Shown: positions 29,162 to 38,684, counted from the first letter of the stretch. The stretch is 64,000 bases of DNA from Polyangia bacterium (GCA_044229835.1 JBGASF010000001.1:117738-181737), one strand, 5' to 3'. Made by a program: numbers and translations. The notes: generated from the sequence alone by a model not told the origin.

Positions 29162-29938
29162 ATGGTCATGTCGGAACACGTCGTCATCACGGGAGCGTCA
29201 TCGGGGATCGGGGCCGCGCTGGCGCGCGAGCTGGGCAAGCAGGGGGCGCGGCTGACGCTGGTGGCGCGGCGGCGTGACCTGCTGGAGGCGCTGGCCGCGG
29301 AGATCGGGCCGAGCTGCCGCGTGCTGGCGCACGATCTTGCCGATCCCGATTCGGTGCCGGCGCTGCTGGCCGCGCTCGAGGCCGGCCACGGCGCCATCGA
29401 CGTGCTGGTCAACAACGCCGGCATGGAGAACACCGGCGCCACCGCGGCGGCCGACATCGAGGGCTGCAAGAAGCTGCTGCAGCTCAACCTGGTGACGCCG
29501 ATCCTGCTGATGCGCGAGCTCTTGCCCGGCATGCTGGCGCGTGGCAGCGGCATGTTCGTCAACGTGGCCTCGGTGGCCGCGCTGGTGCCGCCCCCGCTGC
29601 AGACCTACTACGCGGCCTCGAAGGCCGGCCTGGCCGCCTTCTCGGAGGCCACCCGCGGCGAGCTGGCCGGCAGCGGCGTGCACTTCCTGACCGTGTACCC
29701 CGGCCCGGTCACGACCCCGATGGGCGAGGCCTCCTACGCCGCGCTGGGCGGCCGCGACAACGTGCCCAAGGTGCCCGAGGGCAGCCCCGAGGTCCTCGCG
29801 CTGCGCATCCGCCGCGCCATGGACAAGCGGCGCAAGCGCCTCATCTACCCGCGCTTCTACGTGATGTCGCGCTGGATGCCCTGGCTCGGCCGCTGGATGG
29901 TCGACCGCTTCGGCCCCAAGCTGCCGCCCGCGGCTTGA
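29162..29938 (+). CDS. short-chain dehydrogenase/reductase (SDR)
   Basis: 'VVITGASSGIGAALA' (TGxxxGxG), 'NNAG', 'YAASKAG' (YxxxK). Start is ATG 29162 or 29168. Confidence 0.9.
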   Translation: MVMSEHVVITGASSGIGAALARELGKQGARLTLVARRRDLLEALAAEIGPSCRVLAHDLADPDSVPALLAALEAGHGAIDVLVNNAGMENTGATAAADIEGCKKLLQLNLVTPILLMRELLPGMLARGSGMFVNVASVAALVPPPLQTYYAASKAGLAAFSEATRGELAGSGVHFLTVYPGPVTTPMGEASYAALGGRDNVPKVPEGSPEVLALRIRRAMDKRRKRLIYPRFYVMSRWMPWLGRWMVDRFGPKLPPAA

Positions 29939-29947
29939 CCTCAGCGG

Positions 29948-30412
29948 TCAGCGGTGCGGGGCGCTGACGGCGCGGGCCAGGGCGGCCAGGGCGTCGGGGT
30001 CCTTCATGCGGTGGTCGGCGCCGACGCTGATGAGGGCGCTGGAGGGCAGGCCGCTGGCGCGCAGCAGCTCGTGGCTGTCGGCGATGAGGACGACGTCGTC
30101 GTGCGGTGAGTGCAGGATCCAGGTGCCGGGCTTGACGGTGCGGGCGCTGCCGAAGCGGCGCCAGGCCGGGGCGATGAGGACCAGCGGGGTGGCGCCGACG
30201 ACGAGGTTGGCGGCCAGGGCGCCGCCGCGGCTGGCGCCGACGACGAGGTCGGGCTGCTCGCGGGCGAAGCTGGTCTGCGCGATCTCGAGCGCGCGCTCCC
30301 AGCTGTCGCGGGGCAGCTCGGGGTTGAGCATGGTGTGGCCCTGCGCGGCCAGGTGATCGGACTTGCTGCCGCCAGGGGTCGACTCGAGGCCGTGCAGCAT
30401 CAGGATCTTCAT
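29948..30412 (-). CDS. small alpha/beta-fold hydrolase (YqiA/esterase-like)
   Basis: 'MKILMLHGLESTPGGSK', nucleophile-elbow-like 'VVGASRGGA', late 'HSPHDDVV'. 154 aa. Confidence 0.65.
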   Translation of the reverse strand: MKILMLHGLESTPGGSKSDHLAAQGHTMLNPELPRDSWERALEIAQTSFAREQPDLVVGASRGGALAANLVVGATPLVLIAPAWRRFGSARTVKPGTWILHSPHDDVVLIADSHELLRASGLPSSALISVGADHRMKDPDALAALARAVSAPHR

Positions 30413-30448
30413 GGTGCGCTGATGGTAGCTGGTGCGGCGGGCGCGGGC

Positions 30449-31261
30449 TCAGAGCCGGGTGTGCAGGGTGATGTGCTCGAGCGGGTGGGTGGCGTGCAGC
30501 GGGATGAGGACGCGGCTCACCAGGGCGTGCACGGTGGCGCGGGCCCTGCGGGCGGCGCGCCAGGCCGAGCTCGACAGGGGCAGTGGCAGCACGATCTCGA
30601 GGTGGCCGTCGTGCCAGCTGACCTCGGCGTCGGGGGTCAGGTCAGAGGCCAGCGCGGCGGCGTGGTCGACGATGGCGGGTGTGCGTGCACCCGAGGTGGT
30701 GGTGGCGCGGCAGCGCAGCCGGACGTCGGTGGCCATGAAGGCGTCGAACAGGGTGTGGTAGCGCCCCAGCTCGAAAGGCAGGCTGCGCGCCCAGCGGCGC
30801 TCGCGCTGGGCGGCGAACCGGACCAGCCCGGACGACAGCAGGTAGGTGAGGCCCGCCAGCGCGGGCACGCCGAACAGCGCCGTGAGGTACAGGTCCTCCG
30901 AGAGCGGCGGGGCCAGGCCGAGCTCGGTCATCAGCGCGGTCAGGCCGAGGCCGACGCCGAGCAGGATGCAGCTCCCGATCAGCAGCGGCGTCAGCGCGAG
31001 CAGGAAGCCGACCGGGCTGGCGGCGCGGCCGAGCCAGCTCGCGCTGTGCGCGGCGCTGATGGGGCGGTCGCGGCGCTCGCGCCGGGCGCGCTGCTGCGCC
31101 TCGCGGCCGCGCCGGCGCTGTTGCCGCTCGCGCTTCGACAGCTGGTCGGCCGACGGCTCGGGGGCCTCGGCCGCGGCCAGGCGGGCCTGGCACTCGGCGA
31201 GCTCGCGCTCGAGCTGGCCGATGCGCGCGCGTGCCGCCTCGAGCTCGTCGCGGTAGGCCAT
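30449..31261 (-). CDS. hypothetical membrane protein with N-terminal coiled coil
   Basis: 'MAYRDELEAARARIGQLERELAECQARLAAAE', then an Arg-rich segment, 3 TM helices and a soluble C-terminus. Confidence 0.6.
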   Translation of the reverse strand: MAYRDELEAARARIGQLERELAECQARLAAAEAPEPSADQLSKRERQQRRRGREAQQRARRERRDRPISAAHSASWLGRAASPVGFLLALTPLLIGSCILLGVGLGLTALMTELGLAPPLSEDLYLTALFGVPALAGLTYLLSSGLVRFAAQRERRWARSLPFELGRYHTLFDAFMATDVRLRCRATTTSGARTPAIVDHAAALASDLTPDAEVSWHDGHLEIVLPLPLSSSAWRAARRARATVHALVSRVLIPLHATHPLEHITLHTRL

Positions 31262-31273
31262 GGCGGCGGTGTA

Positions 31274-32404
31274 TCACGGCCGGGCGCGGCGGGTGGCGGG
31301 GCGGCGCCGCAGCAGCAGGGTGTCGATGGCCAGCAGGGCGGCCAGGCTGAAGACGCCGGCCAGCAGGGCGCACATCGCGATGCGCGGCAGGTCGGCGATG
31401 AGCAGGAGGGCGAGCGCGGTGACGTAGAGGTCGCGGCGGAACAGCGCGGCCAGGGTGCGGAAGGCGGCGGCGGCCAGGCCGGGGCGGCGGCCGGCGTCGA
31501 CCGTCTTGCCGAACGACCACGGGTAGTGCGCCGAGTCGATGGGCAGTCCCGCGCGGTGCAGGCCGAGGTAGAGCAGCGCCGTGGTGGCGACGAAGCTGGC
31601 GCCGCCGATGAGGCCGAGGCGTGGCCAGCTGGGCGCGCCGACGGCGCCGGTGCTGGCGACGATGTGGCCGAGGCCGAACCCGAGGCCGACCAGCAGCGCC
31701 AGCGTCGACACGTCGTCACACAGTGTGTCGAGCCACTCGCCCAGGCGCGAGCCCTCGACGCGCAGCCGCGCCAGGTCGCCATCGCAGCAGTCGATGGTGG
31801 CGCCCAGCCACAGCAGCGCGCCGGCCAGCGCGAAGCCGACGCGGCTGCCCAGCGCGGCGAGCACGGCGGCGGCGAGGCCGCACAGCATCGCGGTCAGCGT
31901 GACCTGGTTGGGCGTGATGCGGGTGCCGAGCAGCGCGCGCGTCAGCAGGCGCGCCAGTGGGCGCTGCACGTGGTAGGCGAGCAGGCCGTCCTCGGCGGGG
32001 CTCTTGCGGATCGCGGCCCACAGCAGGCGCTCGGCGGCGGCGACGTCGGCGGGGCCGCGCACCGGGGCCAGCGCGGTCGCGGTGGCGATGCCGGCATTGC
32101 TGTAGACCGCGCGGGCGGGCACCACCAGCGCCGCATCGGGGGCTGGCGCCTCCAGGCTCACAGTGGCCGACATGGTGAGCTCGAAGCTGGCCAGCGCGCG
32201 GCTGACGTCACCAGCTGATGGATCGTCGTCACAGACGATGGTGACCTGGTGACCTTTGCGCAGCAGCTGACGCAGGTGGCGGACCACCAGGGGCAGGCCG
32301 GCCACCACGGTGGTGGCGCCGCCGCCACGGGCGTCGATCACCGCGGTGGCGTGGCGGTGGGGCGTCGCGGCGGCTGGTGAACGGCGCGGTGCTTCAGGCG
32401 TCAT
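31274..32404 (-). CDS. CDP-alcohol phosphatidyltransferase family protein with N-terminal nucleotidyltransferase-like remnant
   Basis: Motif D-x2-D-G-x2-A-R-x8-G-x3-D-x3-D read as 'DCCDGDLARLRVEGSRLGEWLDTLCDD'. Multiple TMs. The N-terminal ~110 aa 'AVIDARGGGATTVVAGLPLVVRHLRQLLRKGHQVTIV' resembles an NTP-transferase start. Confidence 0.8.
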   Translation of the reverse strand: MTPEAPRRSPAAATPHRHATAVIDARGGGATTVVAGLPLVVRHLRQLLRKGHQVTIVCDDDPSAGDVSRALASFELTMSATVSLEAPAPDAALVVPARAVYSNAGIATATALAPVRGPADVAAAERLLWAAIRKSPAEDGLLAYHVQRPLARLLTRALLGTRITPNQVTLTAMLCGLAAAVLAALGSRVGFALAGALLWLGATIDCCDGDLARLRVEGSRLGEWLDTLCDDVSTLALLVGLGFGLGHIVASTGAVGAPSWPRLGLIGGASFVATTALLYLGLHRAGLPIDSAHYPWSFGKTVDAGRRPGLAAAAFRTLAALFRRDLYVTALALLLIADLPRIAMCALLAGVFSLAALLAIDTLLLRRRPATRRARP

Positions 32405-32491
32405 TCACCGGGGTGAAGCAAGCCGGCGGCCACCGCGTGTGAGGTGGGTCATGACCGCGCGGGTCTGCCGCGGTCTTCCAGGCTCGGCCGT

Positions 32492-33109
32492 TCAGTGCCC
32501 GGTCTGACCGGGCGGCGGCGCGCCGCGCGTCTTCAGGGTCGCGCTGACCATGCGCTCGAGCAGCGCGGTGAGCGTGGCCTCGACGGCGAGCGACTCCAGG
32601 ATGCCGAGGGCGCGCGCGATGGCCTCGAAGGTGGCCAGGCCGCCGGGTCGGGGCTCGCGGCGCAGGCGGTAGCCCGAGGGCGCGCCGGGGGGCAGGGTGA
32701 CGCGCTCGGCCTCGGCCAGGCCAGGGATGCGCCGGACGGCCTTGCTGGCCTGGCGCCAGCTGCCGTCGGGGACCACCAGGGTGACCGGGCGCGGATCGGC
32801 GGCCAGCAGCGCGGCGTCGAGCGGCCGGGCGTCGTCGGCCGGGAACAGGGCCAGCACGCGGCGACCGGCGTCATGCAGGTGGCGCAGATCGACGCGGGCG
32901 TCGTCGTGGCCGTGGATGGCCAGCTCGCTGTTGGGCAGCGCGAGCAGGGCCAGGCGGGCGGTCGCGGTGGGCTTGCTGGCCTCGCGGCGGTGCATGACCA
33001 CGACGATGCGGGTGGCGAGGTCGAGGCGCGGGATGGCGGCGCACAGGCAGTCGGCCTGGTGCAGGCGGCAGGTCGCGCAGCGCGCGGCGCGTTTGGAGCG
33101 CTGACCCAT
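32492..33109 (-). CDS. DTW-domain protein (tRNA-uridine aminocarboxypropyltransferase-like)
   Basis: ATG 33109. N-terminal Cys cluster 'CATCRLHQADCLC' and a DTW-type motif 'LVVPDGSWRQA'. Confidence 0.8.
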   Translation of the reverse strand: MGQRSKRAARCATCRLHQADCLCAAIPRLDLATRIVVVMHRREASKPTATARLALLALPNSELAIHGHDDARVDLRHLHDAGRRVLALFPADDARPLDAALLAADPRPVTLVVPDGSWRQASKAVRRIPGLAEAERVTLPPGAPSGYRLRREPRPGGLATFEAIARALGILESLAVEATLTALLERMVSATLKTRGAPPPGQTGH

Positions 33110-33150
33110 GGGCTGGCCATACCACGAGCGCGGGCACGGGCGCCGGCGGG

Positions 33151-34164
33151 TCAGTTCCAGGCGATGAGGACCTTGCCGGTGGCCTGCTTGGTCTCCAGGA
33201 AGGCGTGCGCCTTGGCGATGTCGCTGGCGGCGAAGACGCGCCCGATGTGCGGCGCCATGCCCAGGCTGGCGAAGTCGTCGAAGGCCCGCGTCAGGCGCGC
33301 GATCCAGGCTGGGTCGCGCAGCACGTGCAGCGCGTTCAAGGCGTAGATCCCGGTGTTCTGATCGAACAGCTTGAGCACCGAGATGCGCGGCGTGCGCAGC
33401 GCGGCCAGCGCCATGCGCGGCAGGTTGCGGCGGCCGTCCTTGACGCCCGAGTTGACGCCGATGCACACCATGCGGCCGGTGATGCCGAGGCGCGCGCGCT
33501 GCCAGTTGATCTCGGCGCCGCCGGAGGCGTTGAGGATCATGTCGTAGCCGGTCAGCTCGGGGTCGGCGCGGAACTCGTCGCGGGTGTAGGCGGTGGCGCC
33601 ATAGGCCTTGATGAAGGCCTTCTTGCTGGCGGTGGTGGTCAGGCCGGTGACCTCGGCGCCGGCGTGCCGCGCCATCTGCATCGCCAGCACGCCGACCCCG
33701 CCGGTGGCGCACTCGATGAGGACGCGATCGCCCGGGCGCACGCGCGCCATCTCGAACAGCGCCACGTGCGCGGTGAAGAAGTTGACCGGCAGCGCGGCGG
33801 CGACGTCGAGGCCGAGCTGGGCCGGCATCTTGAGCACCTGCTCGGCCGGGATGACGACGCGCGAGGCGTAGCCGCCGAAGTAGGTCCCGGCGGCGACGCG
33901 ATCACCGACGCGGATCTCGGCGCCCACGCCGGGGCCGACCGCGGCCACGGTGCCCGAGACCTCGTAGCCGGGCACGAACGGCCGCTTCGGCGCGTCGGGG
34001 TAGAAGCCGAGGCGCATCTGCACGTCGGCGAAGTTGACGCCCGAGAACTCGACGTCGATGGCGACCTCGCCGGCGCCGGGGGCGCGCACGGGCTTCTCGC
34101 GCAGCTTGAGGGTGTGGGCGGCGCCGTACTTCTCGATCGCGATGTGGCGGTGCTGGGTCGTCAT
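33151..34164 (-). CDS. MDR-family NADPH:quinone oxidoreductase / zinc-type alcohol dehydrogenase-like protein
   Basis: 'GEVAIDVEFSGVNFADV..R.G.Y', cofactor motif 'ECATGGVGVLAMQMA'. 337 aa. Confidence 0.88.
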   Translation of the reverse strand: MTTQHRHIAIEKYGAAHTLKLREKPVRAPGAGEVAIDVEFSGVNFADVQMRLGFYPDAPKRPFVPGYEVSGTVAAVGPGVGAEIRVGDRVAAGTYFGGYASRVVIPAEQVLKMPAQLGLDVAAALPVNFFTAHVALFEMARVRPGDRVLIECATGGVGVLAMQMARHAGAEVTGLTTTASKKAFIKAYGATAYTRDEFRADPELTGYDMILNASGGAEINWQRARLGITGRMVCIGVNSGVKDGRRNLPRMALAALRTPRISVLKLFDQNTGIYALNALHVLRDPAWIARLTRAFDDFASLGMAPHIGRVFAASDIAKAHAFLETKQATGKVLIAWN

Positions 34165-34186
34165 GTGCGGTTCTCTCCTTGATACT

Positions 34187-34206
34187 TTGACAATTGTCGA
34201 ACAATA
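34187..34206. promoter_or_regulatory. candidate ArsR-family operator box upstream of the oxidoreductase gene
   Basis: TTGACAATTGTCGAACAATA. The core GACA(A/G)TTGTCGAAC recurs at 34571-34586 and contains the palindrome ACAATTGT. Confidence 0.45.
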
Positions 34207-34239
34207 CGGACAAAAAAAGGGGCGCGTCGCCGGGCCCGG

Positions 34240-34557
34240 CTACGCCTTGTCTCCGGGGGCGAGCAGCGCGCGCAGCTCGCGCATGACCTCGGGGTTGACC
34301 GAGCAGATGAGCTGCTTGCCGTCGCGCTGGGTGTCGATGAGGCCGGCGTCGGCCAGCTCCTTGACGTGGTGCGACACCGTCGGGGCGCCGATGTCGAGGC
34401 CGCCCAGCAGCTTGGTCAGGAAGCAGTCGTGGGTGCGGCCCTTGGCCAGGTCGAGCTGGCTCTCCTCGAGCAGGTTGACGAACAGCTGCAGGCGGTTCTC
34501 GTTGCCGAGCGCCTTGAACATGCGCGACAAGCGCTTGAGGTCGGTCTTCGGCGACAC
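34240..34557 (-). CDS. ArsR/SmtB family transcriptional regulator
   Basis: 'FKALGNENRLQLFVNLL' and wHTH 'GAPTVSHHVKELADAGLIDTQRDGKQLICSV'. GTG 34557. Confidence 0.88.
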   Translation of the reverse strand: MSPKTDLKRLSRMFKALGNENRLQLFVNLLEESQLDLAKGRTHDCFLTKLLGGLDIGAPTVSHHVKELADAGLIDTQRDGKQLICSVNPEVMRELRALLAPGDKA

Positions 34558-34570
34558 CCGGACTCAATAC

Positions 34571-34586
34571 GACAGTTGTCGAACTA
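34571..34586. promoter_or_regulatory. second copy of the ArsR-type box, immediately upstream of arsR-like gene
   Basis: GACAGTTGTCGAACTA, 14 nt upstream of GTG 34557. Confidence 0.45.
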
Positions 34587-34588
34587 TG

Positions 34589-35425
34589 TCAAGCGGCGTG
34601 TGTGGCGCCGAAGTGGTAGCTCGACAGCCGTACGCCCCAGGCGGCGCCCTCGAAGCCGGTCACGCCGCGGTCGTCCCCGGCGGCGCCGGCGATCACCATC
34701 AGGGGCAGCAGGTGCTCCTCGCGCGGGTGCGCGCCGCGCGCGCCGGGGGCGCTGGCCCAGGCGGTCAGGCGCCGGTCGCGCTCGGGCGCCGGCAGCGCGG
34801 CGGTCTCGCGCAGCCAGGCGTCGAAGCTCTCCGAGACCTGGCGTGCGCCGGTGCTGCCGCCGCGACCGAGGTTGAAGCCGCGCATGTTGTGGTAGGTCAT
34901 GCCGCTGCCGATGATGAAGATGCCTTCGTCTCGCAGCGGCGCCAGGGCGCGGCCGATGGCCAGGTGCTGCGCCGGATCGAGGCCGGCCTGCAGTGACAGC
35001 TGCACGGTCGGGATGTCGGCCTCGGGATAGGTCAGCTTGAGCGGGATGAAGGTGCCGTGATCGTAGCCGCGGCTGGGGTCGGCCGCGGTCGCAAAGCCGG
35101 CCGCGCCGAGCAGCGCGCGCACGCGGGCCGCCAGCTGGGGATCGCCGGGCGCAGGCCAGGTCAGCTGGTACGACGCCGGCGGGAAGCCGTAGTAGTCGAA
35201 CAGCAGGGGCGGGCGTGCCGCGGTGGTCACGGTGGGCACCTCGGTCTCCCAGTGCGCCGAGATGACCAGCAGCGCGCGCGGCCGGGCCGCCGGCAGCGAC
35301 GCCACCGAGCGCAGGTAGTCGGCCAGCTGGTCGCGATCGTGCTGGCTCATGCCGAGGTCGACGAAGGGCCAGGGGCCGCCGCCATGGGGCAGGAAGACGA
35401 CGGGCATGCGGGATGGAGTGGTCAT
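34589..35425 (-). CDS. class III extradiol dioxygenase (LigB family, YgiD / 4,5-DOPA dioxygenase-like)
   Basis: 'MPVVFLPHGGGPWPF', 'LLVISAHWE', 'YDHGTFIPL', 'PREEHLLPLMV'. Confidence 0.85.
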   Translation of the reverse strand: MTTPSRMPVVFLPHGGGPWPFVDLGMSQHDRDQLADYLRSVASLPAARPRALLVISAHWETEVPTVTTAARPPLLFDYYGFPPASYQLTWPAPGDPQLAARVRALLGAAGFATAADPSRGYDHGTFIPLKLTYPEADIPTVQLSLQAGLDPAQHLAIGRALAPLRDEGIFIIGSGMTYHNMRGFNLGRGGSTGARQVSESFDAWLRETAALPAPERDRRLTAWASAPGARGAHPREEHLLPLMVIAGAAGDDRGVTGFEGAAWGVRLSSYHFGATHAA

Positions 35426-35488
35426 GACACCCAGTCTGGTGCTGTTGCCGGACTTGCACCAGGGCCTGGTACTGAAACATGCTGTTGC

Positions 35489-36385
35489 ATGGCGGAAACT
35501 CCGGTCGGACTCGACCTGCTCGGCATCTTCGTCGCGGTGGCCGACGAGACCAGCTTCTCACGGGCGGCGCGCCGCCTGGGCATCAGCAAGGGCACCGTGA
35601 GTCGGGCCATCACGCGGCTGGAGCAGGCGCTGGGCACCGAGCTCATCCATCGCACCACGCACCAGGTCGCCCTGAGCACCGCGGGCACCGCGCTGTACGA
35701 GCGCACCGCGCCGCACCTCAGCGCGCTCGCGCACGCGGTGGGCCGGCTGCCCGAGCGCGCCGAGCAGCCCTCGGGGGAGCTGCGCCTGACCGCGCCCCAC
35801 GATGTCGGCGTCATCCTGCTGCCCGAGCTCCTGGCCAGCTTCGCGCTGCGCTACCCCGAGATCCGGCTCGACCTGCGGCTGACCAACCAGTCGCTCGATC
35901 TGGTCGGCGAGGGCTTCGACCTGGCCATCCGCGCCAGCGTGAACAAGCTGATGCGCGCCACCTCGCTGAAGGCGCGCCGGCTGTGCGGGGTCGATGCCTG
36001 GGTGTGCGCGTCGCCGGCCTATGTGGCGCGCCGGGGCGAGCCGCGCCAGTTCGCCGAGCCCGGCCACGACTGGATCGTCTATCCCGGGATGGCGCAGACG
36101 CTGGGGGCGCCGCGCGGGTTCCAGGCGCGCGTCACCAGCGACGACTTCCTGCTGACCCGCGACATCCTGCGCGAGGGGGCCGGGGTCGGGCTGCTGCCCG
36201 GCTTCGTGGCCCAGCCCTACGTGCGCGCCGGGCTGCTGGTGCAGCTCTTGCCGGCGATGCGGCTGCGCGGCTTCGCGTCGTACTTCCTGCTCTACCCGTC
36301 GAGCGCGCAGGTGTCGCGCAAGGTGGTGGCGTTCCGCGACTTCCTGCTCGAGTACCTCAAGGCGCACCCGCTGGAGGGGCTGTAG
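35489..36385 (+). CDS. LysR family transcriptional regulator
   Basis: ATG 35489. HTH 'LGIFVAVADETSFSRAARRLGISKGTVSRAITRLEQALG'. Divergent from the dioxygenase gene. Confidence 0.9.
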   Translation: MAETPVGLDLLGIFVAVADETSFSRAARRLGISKGTVSRAITRLEQALGTELIHRTTHQVALSTAGTALYERTAPHLSALAHAVGRLPERAEQPSGELRLTAPHDVGVILLPELLASFALRYPEIRLDLRLTNQSLDLVGEGFDLAIRASVNKLMRATSLKARRLCGVDAWVCASPAYVARRGEPRQFAEPGHDWIVYPGMAQTLGAPRGFQARVTSDDFLLTRDILREGAGVGLLPGFVAQPYVRAGLLVQLLPAMRLRGFASYFLLYPSSAQVSRKVVAFRDFLLEYLKAHPLEGL

Positions 36386-36513
36386 CTGTTGCGGAACCGC
36401 AACACAGAGTTTCCAGCGCATTCGTTGTAGCGCACCACGAAACGGCGCAGGCTGCCCCGCATCCCACCCGCCAGAACCCAACGCCCCGCGGGGCAGCAGC
36501 GAAAGGACCCGTC

Positions 36514-37371
36514 ATGATCCTCATCACCGGAGCCACCGGAAAGCTGGGCCGTCACGTCATCGCAGGGCTCCTGGAGAAGGTGCCCGCCAGGGAGCTGGCC
36601 GTCGCGGTGCGCAGCCCCGACAAGGCCGCCGACCTGGCCGCGCGCGGCGTCAGCGTGCGCCAGGCCGACTACCTGAAGCCGGCGACCATGGACGCCGCCC
36701 TGGCCGGCGCCGACAAGGTGCTGCTCATCTCCTCGAGCGAGCTCGGCGATCGCGCCACCCAGCACAAGGCGGTGGTCGATGCCGCGCGCAAGCACAAGGT
36801 CGGCCTGCTGGCGTACACCAGCATCCTGCATGCCGACACCTCCAAGGTCGGGCTGGCCGCCGATCACAAGAGCACCGAGGCGTACATCCGTGCCGCCGAC
36901 GTGCCCTTCGTGTTCCTGCGCAACGGCTGGTACCTGGAGAACTACACCGAGCACCTGGCGCCGGTGCTGCAGCATGGCGCCGTGCTGGGCGCCGCCGGGC
37001 AAGGCCGGGTGGCAGCCGCCGCGCGCGCCGACTACGCGGCCGCAGCGGTCGCCGTGTTGACCGGGACGGGCCACGCCGGGAAGACCTACGAGCTGGCCGG
37101 AGACGTCGCCTTCACCATGGCCGAGCTGGCGGCCGAGATCGCGCGCCAGGCCGGCAAGCCGGTGGTCTACAGCGACATGCCGGCCGCGGCCTACAGCGGC
37201 GCGCTGCAGGGCGCCGGGCTGCCGGCGGCCTACGCGGAGCTGCTGGCGGACAGCGACCTCGGCATCGCGCGCGGCGAGCTCGACGATCGCAGCGGCGACC
37301 TGCACCGCCTGATCGGGCGGCCGACGACGCCGCTGGCCGACGCCCTCGCGGCGGCGCTGAAGCAGCTCTGA
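36514..37371 (+). CDS. NmrA-like NAD(P)H:quinone oxidoreductase (QorB/YtfG-like)
   Basis: ATG 36514. 'MILITGATGKLGRHVIAGLL'. About 285 aa. Confidence 0.85.
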   Translation: MILITGATGKLGRHVIAGLLEKVPARELAVAVRSPDKAADLAARGVSVRQADYLKPATMDAALAGADKVLLISSSELGDRATQHKAVVDAARKHKVGLLAYTSILHADTSKVGLAADHKSTEAYIRAADVPFVFLRNGWYLENYTEHLAPVLQHGAVLGAAGQGRVAAAARADYAAAAVAVLTGTGHAGKTYELAGDVAFTMAELAAEIARQAGKPVVYSDMPAAAYSGALQGAGLPAAYAELLADSDLGIARGELDDRSGDLHRLIGRPTTPLADALAAALKQL

Positions 37372-37399
37372 GCGCCGAGGCCTGGGGTACCATGACGGC

Positions 37400-38254
37400 A
37401 TGCTGATCGAGGCCAAGGCGCGCGATCTGGGCGGCTTCACCGTGGGGCGCGTGCTGCCCTCGCTGGCGCGGCGTGCGGTGGGGCCGTTCGTGTTCTTCGA
37501 TCAGATCGGGCCCACCGTGCTGCCGGCGGGCGGCGGCGTCGATGTCCGCCCGCACCCGCACATCGGCCTGTGCACGGTGACCTACCTGTTCGAGGGCGCC
37601 CTGCTGCACCGCGACACCCTGGGCTCGAGCCAGATCATCCAGCCCGGCGAAATCAACTGGATGACCGCGGGCCGTGGGATCGCGCACTCGGAGCGCACCC
37701 CGGCGCCGCTGCGCCAGGCCGCGATGCCGGTGCACGGGCTGCAGCTGTGGGTCGCGCTGCCGCGCGAGCACGAGGAGGTCGCGCCCTCGTTCGAGCACCA
37801 CCCGGCGGCGACGCTGCCGGGGCTGGACGCCGATGGCGTGGCGGTCAAGCTGCTGGCGGGGAGCGCGTTCGGGCTCCGGGCGCCGGTGGGGGCGCTGTCG
37901 GCGCTGTTCTACCTCGAGGCGCGGCTGCCCGCGGGCGGCGTGCTGCCGTGGCCGGCCGACTACGCCGAGCGCGCCTGTCACGTCATCGAGGGCGAGGTCT
38001 CCTGCGCTGGCGAGCGCGTGGCGGCGGGCCAGATGTGGGTGACGCCGGCGGGCGACGCGGCTGCGCTGCGGGCCGAGCGCGCGGCGCGCGTGGTGCTGCT
38101 GGGCGGCGCCAGCCTGGATGGACCGCGCCACCTGTGGTGGAACTTCGTGTCGAGCTCGCAGGAGCGGCTGGAGCAGGCCAAGGCCGACTGGCAGCGCGGC
38201 GCTTTCGGCCTGATCCCGGGTGATGATCAGGAGCGCATCCCGCTGCCCACCTAG
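37400..38254 (+). CDS. pirin family protein
   Basis: Cupin metal motif 'RPHPHIGLCTVTYLFEGALLHRDTLGS..I.PGEINWMTAGRGIAHSE'. Confidence 0.9.
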   Translation: MLIEAKARDLGGFTVGRVLPSLARRAVGPFVFFDQIGPTVLPAGGGVDVRPHPHIGLCTVTYLFEGALLHRDTLGSSQIIQPGEINWMTAGRGIAHSERTPAPLRQAAMPVHGLQLWVALPREHEEVAPSFEHHPAATLPGLDADGVAVKLLAGSAFGLRAPVGALSALFYLEARLPAGGVLPWPADYAERACHVIEGEVSCAGERVAAGQMWVTPAGDAAALRAERAARVVLLGGASLDGPRHLWWNFVSSSQERLEQAKADWQRGAFGLIPGDDQERIPLPT

Positions 38255-38264
38255 GTCGACCTCG

Positions 38265-38684
38265 TCACAGCAGCCCCCCGATGGCGCGCACCAGGAGATA
38301 TGCGGTGACCCCGAGCAGCGCCTGCACGACCGGGCTGGGGCCGTCGCGCGCGGGCGCCGCGGCGATCGGCACCATGACGTGCTGGCCAGGCTCGAGGGTG
38401 ACGGTGAAGGCCTTCTCGATGCCGTCGGCGGCCAGCATGACGGCGAGCTCGCCAGGCGGCAGGCCGGCCACCACGATGCGCGCGGTGTGCGCGCCCGTGA
38501 CCACGGGGTGGCCGTTGATCGAGACGTGGGCGCCGTCCACGGCGTGGGTGAACTGCAGGGTCAGCTCGGCGTCGTCACCGGCCTGGGCCTGCGGGTAGCG
38601 CGCCGCGACCGGGCGCGCCGCGGCGCTGCAGCTGGACAGCCCGAGCCAGCACGACCAGCACAGGGCGGCGAGTGATGCGCGCAT
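38265..38684 (-). CDS. lipoprotein with PEGA-like beta domain and C-terminal TM
   Basis: ATG 38684. 'MRASLAALCWSCWLGLSSC' lipobox. 'HVSINGHPVVTGAHTARIVVAGLPPGELAVML'. C-terminal hydrophobic helix. Confidence 0.6.
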   Translation of the reverse strand: MRASLAALCWSCWLGLSSCSAAARPVAARYPQAQAGDDAELTLQFTHAVDGAHVSINGHPVVTGAHTARIVVAGLPPGELAVMLAADGIEKAFTVTLEPGQHVMVPIAAAPARDGPSPVVQALLGVTAYLLVRAIGGLL

